Below are positions 8,478 to 14,895 of a stretch of 32,000 bases of DNA, one piece after another. The position numbers were made by a program, and so were the translations under genes. Each line of letters opens with the position of its first letter. Positions within the stretch are counted from its first letter, which is position 1. The DNA comes from Candidatus Electrothrix yaqonensis (GTDB lineage: Bacteria; Desulfobacterota; Desulfobulbia; Desulfobulbales; Desulfobulbaceae): positions 150,001 through 182,000 of the forward strand of contig CP178758.1 of assembly GCA_047651235.1 (NCBI GenBank), in the 5' to 3' direction. Under the pieces are notes generated by a model. The model did no database searches. It had not been told where the DNA came from and saw only the letters and a program-made list of their open reading frames with translations.

Positions 8478-8888
8478 CTATGCAGCGGTAGCGTAACAAC
8501 CGTAAGAAGAAATCCAGAATTTGCTTTTATGCTGGCCTGTGGCGCCGCAGATGGAACAACGGATATCCTGCGGATTTTCTTGAGCAACAAATTGTGTATT
8601 GAGCAGATTGTGCAGGACAAGAGGCTTGGCATAAGCGCCATCGACCAGGGCTGTGAATACGATATCATATATGGTCATCTTTCTTCCGCAGGAACATATG
8701 CAGGCATCGGATTCAAAAAAATAAGCTTGGCTGCTCAACGTGCCGGGCTGAACATCAAGCAGGTGTTCTGTTGCCTCGATATCGCTGTCCTGTACCCGGA
8801 CGATTCTTGCCTCTTCTCCGTCGTCCAGAAACCTCAGGCCGTCAAACCCCTCTTCCGTCATTGATTTTACAAGATAATAATAGCTCAT
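8478..8888 (-). CDS. Hypothetical Cys-rich protein (possible zinc-ribbon: CICSCG ... CSICG)
   Basis: 136-aa ORF in an AT-richer stretch. It has two Cys clusters (DACICSCGRK and RCSICGATG) and is coupled to the upstream ORF by an ATGA overlap. I recognise no family. Confidence 0.55.
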   Translation of the reverse strand: MSYYYLVKSMTEEGFDGLRFLDDGEEARIVRVQDSDIEATEHLLDVQPGTLSSQAYFFESDACICSCGRKMTIYDIVFTALVDGAYAKPLVLHNLLNTQFVAQENPQDIRCSICGATGQHKSKFWISSYGCYATAA

Positions 8889-9094
8889 TCTAATAACTCA
8901 TTCCGAATATTTTGAGAAAGTTGTCTTGATGAATTCTGTTTGTGAATAAGGCGTTGCAGCGTCATCGTCCGGAACGCCCTGTTCCATGACTCTTCTACTC
9001 GTTTATAGCAAGGAGTATGCCGAAGAAAAAATATCCGGTGATACCTTGTGCAACCCTCTGTTGTTTCGTCGGAAACCTGCTGGAGGCTAAACAT
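8885..9094 (-). CDS. Hypothetical small protein (69 aa), translationally coupled to the Cys-rich protein
   Basis: GGAGG lies 4 nt upstream of the ATG (minus strand). The stop overlaps the downstream ATG (ATGA at 8885-8888). I recognise no family. Confidence 0.4.
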   Translation of the reverse strand: MFSLQQVSDETTEGCTRYHRIFFLRHTPCYKRVEESWNRAFRTMTLQRLIHKQNSSRQLSQNIRNELLE

Positions 9095-9106
9095 ATTGCC
9101 TCCAGC
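9079..9106 (-). promoter_or_regulatory. Hairpin enclosing the SD and start codon of the 69-aa ORF
   Basis: A perfect 9-bp inverted repeat, GCTGGAGGC (9079-9087) / GCCTCCAGC (9098-9106), flanks a 10-nt loop. On the minus-strand mRNA the 5' arm contains the GGAGG SD and the loop contains the AUG. Confidence 0.4.
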
Positions 9107-9490
9107 ATCATCAGTGGCAACAGGTATTTTTTATCCGTTTCAGGAATGGCTTCCGGGTATTTTTTATTCAGTCCGCAGAGTTATAGGAATAATAGAGGAG
9201 ATCACGCTCCCTTGCTGAATCCCGCCGGCATGACCGGGTAATTTTTATCCGGTTTCAACAGTATATTCGGATAGTTTTTATTCACTTTGGCGGAGCTGCA
9301 GGCAATGCCCGGCGGGTTCAACTTTCCATCTTTTGCCGGTAAAGCGCTTCACCTGCGCATAACAACTTATTGTTAATAAATATTATCTTTAACATGCAAT
9401 ATATTGTCCCCGGACTTTTCTGCGGCTCTTCAGCGGATTTATTCGAAGCAGCATTATGGTCGAAAATACAGTCTGTTCTGCAGCGGAAAC

Positions 9491-9520
9491 TTGACAAATT
9501 TACCCACCACGAGGTATCAT
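9491..9520 (+). promoter_or_regulatory. Near-consensus sigma70 promoter
   Basis: TTGACA (9491-9496), an 18-nt spacer, then TATCAT (9515-9520). It sits at the end of an AT-rich intergenic region and faces the leader and the 244-aa gene. Confidence 0.5.
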
Positions 9521-9527
9521 TAAAGTG

Positions 9528-9672
9528 ACATAAGGCGAAGCTTATTCATCAGCGGGTGCCTCACTTTCTGGTCAGAACCGGAAAGTTGATCAAGCCACAA
9601 CCGTCGTGAGACGGTGCCGGAAAGCCAAGGGTCTCAGGGGAGACAGCCGGGTTGCCTACTTTTTTCTCTACC
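9528..9672 (+). promoter_or_regulatory. Structured 5' leader (unclassified; possible riboswitch or attenuator)
   Basis: Three hairpins are present. H1 is 9564-9572/9577-9585 (9 bp, loop CAGA). H2 is 9600-9605/9610-9615 (6 bp, GNRA loop GTGA). H3 is 9631-9635/9640-9644. Direct repeats are CCGGAAAG (9578-9585, 9617-9624) and GGTGCC (9555-9560, 9613-9618). A T6 run lies at 9660-9665 just before AGGAGG (9673-9678). Confidence 0.35.
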
Positions 9673-9686
9673 AGGAGGTATATGTC

Positions 9687-9914
9687 ATGAGAGCCGCAGA
9701 ACAGGCCGTCAGTCAGAATTCACTTCTTCTGGCAGGATTATTTCCTGTCTCCTTGCCTTTCCCGTTTGCCGCGCTGGCAGCAGCAATGCAGAATGCGTAT
9801 CGCGCAGCAGCTTTCTCCCCTGCCGGAAAACTGCGTGCAGCAGCATTTTCCTTTGTCATCGGACGGCTCCGAGCCGGGTTCCGCTCGCATCCCAAGTTTC
9901 TCCTGTTTTTCTGA
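9687..9914 (+). CDS. Possible small ORF (75 aa, Ala/Phe-rich, hydrophobic)
   Basis: AGGAGG (9673-9678) lies 8 nt upstream of the in-frame ATG at 9687. The product is MRAAEQAVSQNSLLLAGLFPVSLPFPFAALAAAM.... The region has competing overlapping frames, so its coding status is uncertain. Confidence 0.3.
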   Translation: MRAAEQAVSQNSLLLAGLFPVSLPFPFAALAAAMQNAYRAAAFSPAGKLRAAAFSFVIGRLRAGFRSHPKFLLFF

Positions 9915-9995
9915 AGTTCAGCGGCAACTGCAGCTGCCGGGCGACGATCCTGTCGCGCTGAACAGGAGAATACAAGATCATAGGGAGGCTATATT

Positions 9996-10730
9996 ATGAC
10001 AACGGAAACCATGACAAAGGAGACGGAGAAAGTGTATACAATTAATTTTGATTTCAGGAACAGAGAGCAGAGAAGAATCCTTGAGTATATGCAGCAGAGA
10101 GGCTATAAACTGCTGGGCTTCAAAGGGGCTGAAGGGGACTGCCGGACCGCCGGGCTGCCGGTATGGTTTTCCGTGCCGTATATCAAAATGCGCGGTGAAG
10201 TATGCAATGAATACAAGCCGCTGTATAAGGTGTATTATATGAATTCGTCTGTTCAGTCCGACGTAACCATCCGGATGGATGCCCTGTCCGAAAAAATTCG
10301 GCTCGGCGCACGGGTAACCCTGCATGTGGACGGCACCTTTTCTGTTGAATACGGCGGGCCGAAGAATGAGATTCTTTTTGTCAACGACAGACCGGTTGAC
10401 ACCGGCAGGATTACTGCCGGGCTGGCTGCTCTTGTTAATGGAGAGTATTCTCCTTTCTGCGCATTTGATGTCGGCCCGCACAGATCGCTGCGCATGAAGC
10501 CCAACGAAAAAGTTTCTCTCTTTGCCGTACCGACTATCATGCGAACAGGCTCACTTGCAGATGAGGCCGTGTCCTCCGGCTGCCTGTTTGACCTGATGAA
10601 TCCGGACTGCCATCGTATTGATCTGGAAATGGATGAAAACTGCAACGAGTTCAATCCGGTTGCCTGCGGCGTGCCTATGCGGCGGATCAATTCCGGCCAG
10701 CCGCTCATGCCGCTGATGGCTTCCTGCTGA
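9996..10730 (+). CDS. Hypothetical protein (244 aa), no recognisable family
   Basis: GGGAGG lies 8 nt upstream of the ATG. It is a clean 244-aa ORF followed by a strong terminator. The sequence is Cys-containing and has no signal peptide or TM segment. Confidence 0.75.
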   Translation: MTTETMTKETEKVYTINFDFRNREQRRILEYMQQRGYKLLGFKGAEGDCRTAGLPVWFSVPYIKMRGEVCNEYKPLYKVYYMNSSVQSDVTIRMDALSEKIRLGARVTLHVDGTFSVEYGGPKNEILFVNDRPVDTGRITAGLAALVNGEYSPFCAFDVGPHRSLRMKPNEKVSLFAVPTIMRTGSLADEAVSSGCLFDLMNPDCHRIDLEMDENCNEFNPVACGVPMRRINSGQPLMPLMASC

Positions 10731-10794
10731 CTTGCCATTTGACTTCTCATTGACCGATCCGGACAGCCTGTTATAATCAGCAAAAAACAGGTCA

Positions 10795-10841
10795 GGCGGG
10801 GCAGAGGCATACCTGAAAAGGTGTGTCTCACCCGCCTTTTT
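10795..10841 (+). terminator. Rho-independent terminator
   Basis: GGCGGG (10795-10800) pairs with CCCGCC (10831-10836). An inner stem of about 10 bp (10804-10813/10820-10829) has loop TGAAAA. The hairpin is followed by TTTTT. Confidence 0.65.
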
Positions 10842-10875
10842 GTATCAGAATGTATCAGAAACGGAAGGCACCTGT

Positions 10876-11193
10876 ATGAACGAAGAATACTGCATTGTGC
10901 TCACCACCTATGCTGACGAGAGCAACGGACAAAAAATTATTAATGCCCTGCTCGCGGAGCGGCTGGCAGCCTGCGTCCAGGTCATGCCGATCTGTAGTTA
11001 TTATCCTTGGCAGGGCAAGGTAAACCGCGATGATGAGCAGCTAATGCTGATCAAAACCAAATGCTCCCTGTATTCCCAAGTGGAGGCAACCATCCTCGCC
11101 CGTCACGCCTACGAGACCCCAGAAATCCTGCAGGTGCCGGTCAGCGGAGGATTCAGCGGGTATCTGCAGTGGCTTGACCGGGAATGCCGCTGA
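10876..11193 (+). CDS. cutA: Divalent-cation tolerance protein CutA
   Basis: 105 aa from the ATG at 10876 (GGAAGG upstream). CutA1-type sequence: CIVLTTYADESNGQKIINALLAERLAACVQV...YPWQGKV...ETPEILQVPV. Confidence 0.85.
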   Translation: MNEEYCIVLTTYADESNGQKIINALLAERLAACVQVMPICSYYPWQGKVNRDDEQLMLIKTKCSLYSQVEATILARHAYETPEILQVPVSGGFSGYLQWLDRECR

Positions 11194-11194
11194 C

Positions 11195-12193
11195 ATGTCC
11201 TTTCCCTTTCCTGCGGTCCTTTTCTTGGCCTGCCTGCTTGATGCGCTTTTCGGTGATCCGCGCTGGCTGCCCCATCCGGTCCGGATGATCGGATGGGCGG
11301 CTGTCTGGGCAGAGACCTTCACCCGAAGACTCCCTCTGAGTGCGTTCAACAGCGGCAGACTGACGGTTCTCCTTGTTCTGCTGAGTACCGGCGGAGTCTG
11401 CGCCTTCTTCTTTGTTCTGCTTGATCTGCTCCCCCGACCATTTTTTCTCCTTGGTGCGGCAGTGCTGCTGTATACGTCTATTGCTGCCCGCGACCTGTTG
11501 CATCATACCCAACAGGTTGCTGATGCATTGGATGTGAATATCAGGACGGCACGGCAGCAGGTCGGCATGATTGTCGGCCGGGATACGGACCGGCTGGATG
11601 AGGCCGGAGTGATTCGGGCCTGTGTGGAAAGCGTTGCAGAGAACATGTCTGACGGCATTATTGCCCCGATCTTCTGGGCAGTAACTGGTGCCTTTGCTGC
11701 ACAGCAGTTCGGCGGAGATGCAGTTGTCTGGGGCGTGACAGCGGCCATGCTGTACAAAGCCGTGAATACGATGGATTCCATGTTCGGTTACACAAACGAA
11801 CAGTATCTCCAGTTCGGCTTCTGTCCGGCCCGGCTTGACGATGCGGTCAATTTTTTTCCGGCCCGTCTTTCAGGCATAACCCTTGTTGCTGCAGCGTTTT
11901 TATGCGGCAATAATGCAGGCAACAGCTGGCGCATTCTCCTCCGCGACCGGCAGCAGCACAGCAGCCCTAATGCAGGCTGGCCGGAAGCCGCAATGGCCGG
12001 TGCCCTCGGTCTACAGCTCGGCGGAACCTCCTCCTATTTCGGCAGAACCTGCTACAAACCGACCCTCGGTGATCCTCTTGATTCACCGGGAAAAAAGCAT
12101 ATCCGCATGGCCAACACCCTGGTGCTGACCGCCTCTCTGCTCTGCCTGCTGCTGTTCAGCAGCCTCTACATTGTCGGTACACTGCTTTTCTGA
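11195..12193 (+). CDS. cbiB: Adenosylcobinamide-phosphate synthase CbiB/CobD
   Basis: ATG at 11195, 1 nt after the cutA stop. The N-terminus LLDALFGDPRWLPHPVRMIGW is typical of CbiB. It is a polytopic membrane protein and carries ...HSSPNAGWPEAAMAGALG.... Confidence 0.9.
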   Translation: MSFPFPAVLFLACLLDALFGDPRWLPHPVRMIGWAAVWAETFTRRLPLSAFNSGRLTVLLVLLSTGGVCAFFFVLLDLLPRPFFLLGAAVLLYTSIAARDLLHHTQQVADALDVNIRTARQQVGMIVGRDTDRLDEAGVIRACVESVAENMSDGIIAPIFWAVTGAFAAQQFGGDAVVWGVTAAMLYKAVNTMDSMFGYTNEQYLQFGFCPARLDDAVNFFPARLSGITLVAAAFLCGNNAGNSWRILLRDRQQHSSPNAGWPEAAMAGALGLQLGGTSSYFGRTCYKPTLGDPLDSPGKKHIRMANTLVLTASLLCLLLFSSLYIVGTLLF

Positions 12194-12259
12194 TTTTTCC
12201 CGGCTGCACCTCATGATCTTGAAATAGTGACTTCATCCTGTTATCATAGAAGCTGTAAT

Positions 12260-12297
12260 GGTCTCTCCATTCAACATTGAGACCATATGTTGAATGG
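12260..12297. repeat. Two interleaved inverted repeats in the cbiB-downstream spacer
   Basis: GGTCTC (12260-12265) / GAGACC (12279-12284) is interleaved with CCATTCAACAT (12267-12277) / ATGTTGAATGG (12287-12297). Both are perfect. Confidence 0.9.
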
Positions 12298-12354
12298 TTG
12301 AAAATATCTTCAGGTTTAAGGTTTATTTTTGTCTGATCTATGCGGAGGTTAAAA

Positions 12355-12816
12355 ATGTCCGGAAAAAACATGCTCTTTGCTGCCTTTGTTCTCCAGTTTA
12401 TTTTCCTGTCTGTTGCACCTCTGCATGCCTCGGCTGAACATAAGAATCTTGGGCAGGACGGGCAACAGTGCGGTGTTCCTCTGCCGGACCCGGAAAAACT
12501 CTCCGAGGAAGAAAAAGCATGGTTCCGAGCTTTTCAGGAGGGAACCTTCTATGTTCAGGGATGGAAAGACATCACCGCAGAAGTTCTTGAGAAAATTCAG
12601 CAGAAAGAGGTAAAGGATGAGCTGCGTCAGACGCTGACCATGCTGGGTATCAGGATAGGCTGTGAGTGGAGCAAAGATAACGATATCAGAAAGATCAATA
12701 ACGATATGCTGGAACAGTGGGGTGATCGGCTGCAGAAAATTGCCGAGGAAAAACCGCATGAACTGCCTGTAGTAATTGCGGATATCCGGCAGCAGGTGGT
12801 TGCTCTGCTGGAGTGA
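12355..12816 (+). CDS. Secreted/periplasmic hypothetical protein
   Basis: GGAGG (12344-12348) lies 6 nt before the ATG at 12355. The signal peptide is MLFAAFVLQFIFLSVAPLHASA/EH. The product is an acidic helical protein of no recognised family. Confidence 0.65.
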   Translation: MSGKNMLFAAFVLQFIFLSVAPLHASAEHKNLGQDGQQCGVPLPDPEKLSEEEKAWFRAFQEGTFYVQGWKDITAEVLEKIQQKEVKDELRQTLTMLGIRIGCEWSKDNDIRKINNDMLEQWGDRLQKIAEEKPHELPVVIADIRQQVVALLE

Positions 12817-12858
12817 GTTTCTCTGTATTCGTATTCCGCAGACTCTTCGACTCTTCCT

Positions 12859-12887
12859 GTCCGGTAAGGTGTATCCGGACTGTTTTT
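12859..12887 (+). terminator. Candidate Rho-independent terminator
   Basis: GTCCGG (12859-12864) pairs with CCGGAC (12875-12880) and is followed by TGTTTTT. Confidence 0.5.
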
Positions 12888-12953
12888 ATGCTGTCCCGAC
12901 AGGTTCCGCTTTCTTCTTTCTCAACTTATTGATTGCAATGAAAAAAATACGTA

Positions 12954-14675
12954 ATGTTAATTAGCTACATTATTATTGCATTCATATCTTTTCTGCTCTC
13001 CGTTGTAATTCTCTTGATTTTTTTAAAGAAAAAATCAAGGGAGCATGACTCTGTCGTCAGAAATTTCGAGCAAAAAATTGAGATACTTGTTGATGAGCAA
13101 CAAACTTTGTCACAGCAAAATGTTGCACTACAGGAGGAGAGAAAAAGGTTACGAACGACAGTTCAAGCTTTATCACGCTACAAAGGTATTGTTAAAATAG
13201 ATGAGGTAATAGCTCAAAAGAAAAGACACTTTTTAGAAGAACGAAATAAGGCTCTTGAAAAACTCAATCAGCAGATAAGAGAAACCAAGAAAAAGATTAA
13301 AACGGCTACCCAAGAATCACTGAGGCGAGAAGGTATTGTTAATAGATCAATAGAAGCAAAAGAGAAGAAAGTAAAGAGCACTATACAGCAAGCAGAGGAA
13401 CAAATTCTCCAACAAAAAAACGATACAAAACAAACCATAAAGGAGATGTATAAAGAAGCCAAAAAGAAGCATGAGGAAATCTTTATGTCTTCTTCCGCGG
13501 ATGCCTCAGAAATAATTGCTCGCGCAGAACAACAAGCAAAAGAAATAGCCGGAGACGCATTAAAAGCTGTAGCTCACGAAAAGGAACTTGAAAAGGCCAT
13601 CAAGGCTATGAGGAATACCATTAAAGGATATGGTGAGGAGTATCTTATTTCAAGCGACAACTTCCTTGATGAACTGGCAGATGAGTATAATTTTAAAAAG
13701 GCTGGTCAGGAACTTAAAAAGGTTCGAGAAAGCATCAGGCTCATGATTAAAAACGAGACTGCTGCTGATTGTGATTATGTGGAAGTCAACCGGAGGAACT
13801 ACGCCATCCATTTTGTACTTGACGCTTTCAATGGAAAGGTCGATTCGATTTTGTCAAAAGTGCGCCATGATAACTATGGAAAACTACAACAGCAAATTCT
13901 TGATGCTTTTAATCTGGTTAACCACAATGGTTCGGCATTCAGGTCAGCCAGAATCAACCAACCATATCTTGATCTCAGGATGGAAGAGTTAAAATGGGCC
14001 GTTGCCGTTCACGAATTGAAGGTGCAAGATAGGGAAGAACAAAAAAGAATCAAGCAGGAAATGAGAGAAGAGGTCAAAGCCAAAAAAGAGTATGAAAAGG
14101 CCATCAAAGAGGCAGAAAAAGAGGAAAAAATATTGCAAAAAGCTATGGAGCAGGCAAGGAAAGAGCTTTTAAGCGCTACAGATGCGCAGCGTGAGGAATA
14201 TGAAGCGCGGTTAAAAGATCTGGAAGAAAAAATCCATGAAGCTGAAGAAAAAAATCAAAGAGCAATCTCTATGGCTCAGCAAACAAAAAGGGGCCATGTC
14301 TATGTCATTTCCAACATTGGCTCTTTTGGTGATAATGTCTTGAAAATTGGCCTTACAAGACGACTGGAACCTATGGACCGGGTAAAAGAACTCGGTGATG
14401 CAAGCGTTCCGTTTCCTTTTGATGTCCATGCAATGATGTTTAGTGAAGATGCTCCTGCTCTGGAGAAGGAATTGCACCAGACATTCAATAACTACCAAGT
14501 AAACAAGGTTAATCAACGAAAAGAATTTTTTCAGATAAAGGTTGCCGATGTTAAAGAGGCTGCGGCAGGGCTCGGAATTGAAACCCATTGGACGATGAAA
14601 GCCGAAGCAAGAGAATATCGCGAGTCGATCATCTTGGCTCAATCGGAAAAGAATAGATCTGCTGTACCCGTATAA
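12954..14675 (+). CDS. Membrane-anchored coiled-coil protein with DUF4041-like region and C-terminal T5orf172/MUG113 (GIY-YIG-like) domain
   Basis: 573 aa. The N-terminal TM helix is ISYIIIAFISFLLSVVILLIFL, followed by long Lys/Glu-rich heptad-like stretches. The DUF4041-like core reads FVLDAFNGKVDSILSKVRHDNYGKL...YLDLRMEELKW. The C-terminus reads GHVYVISNIGSFGDNVLKIGLTRRLEPMDRVKELGDASVPFPFDVHAMMFSEDAPALEKELH. The gene is markedly AT-rich. Confidence 0.85.
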   Translation: MLISYIIIAFISFLLSVVILLIFLKKKSREHDSVVRNFEQKIEILVDEQQTLSQQNVALQEERKRLRTTVQALSRYKGIVKIDEVIAQKKRHFLEERNKALEKLNQQIRETKKKIKTATQESLRREGIVNRSIEAKEKKVKSTIQQAEEQILQQKNDTKQTIKEMYKEAKKKHEEIFMSSSADASEIIARAEQQAKEIAGDALKAVAHEKELEKAIKAMRNTIKGYGEEYLISSDNFLDELADEYNFKKAGQELKKVRESIRLMIKNETAADCDYVEVNRRNYAIHFVLDAFNGKVDSILSKVRHDNYGKLQQQILDAFNLVNHNGSAFRSARINQPYLDLRMEELKWAVAVHELKVQDREEQKRIKQEMREEVKAKKEYEKAIKEAEKEEKILQKAMEQARKELLSATDAQREEYEARLKDLEEKIHEAEEKNQRAISMAQQTKRGHVYVISNIGSFGDNVLKIGLTRRLEPMDRVKELGDASVPFPFDVHAMMFSEDAPALEKELHQTFNNYQVNKVNQRKEFFQIKVADVKEAAAGLGIETHWTMKAEAREYRESIILAQSEKNRSAVPV

Positions 14676-14721
14676 CCAAGGCGAAAAGTATGCTCAACGC
14701 TGGATATCCTGCAAAGCGACT

Positions 14722-14877
14722 GACTTGTCCGACGGGCTATGGAGCAAGATTTTCAATACCGCCAGCGTAATCAGCGCAATGGAAGCAATCTCCGGTACGC
14801 CATTTCAGTACAAGGACGACATGGTTCAATCTATGCGGTATCACTCGAAAAAATACGCAAAAGCATCTTTGTTTTAA
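14722..14877 (+). pseudogene. mntA-like (MNT nucleotidyltransferase antitoxin) 3' remnant
   Basis: The frame reads ...KIFNTASVISAMEAISGTPFQYKDDMVQSMRYH.... The intact MntA at 17102..17485 reads ...MNLNTAGTISAMEAISGTPLF[18 aa]QYEDDMAQLRRHY. The DNA differs mostly at third codon positions. There is no start codon and no N-terminal half. Confidence 0.6.
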
Positions 14878-14895
14878 ACATATTATTCCGTAGTT

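Noticed and set aside
9541-9672. Leader as a known RNA class: SRP/4.5S RNA, cobalamin, TPP or ykkC-type riboswitch
   Set aside because: Local strings resemble pieces of several families. GGTCAGAACCGGAAAG and GGAAAGCCAAGG resemble SRP domain IV. GCCACAA...GGAAAGCC resembles the B12 box. GGGTGCC...GGTCAGA...TGATC resembles the THI box. In each case the invariant cores are missing (GGAAGCAGCC; AGGGAA with GCCACUG; CUGAGA with ACCC), and the required closing helices do not form. The terminator at 10795-10841 also separates the unit from cbiB. I left it unclassified pending an Infernal scan.
10841-10860. Tandem 10-mer TGTATCAGAA x2 just after the terminator and before cutA
   Set aside because: It is a real duplication but only two copies of a short unit in a spacer. 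It is most simply a slippage footprint, and I found no supporting evidence for a regulatory role.
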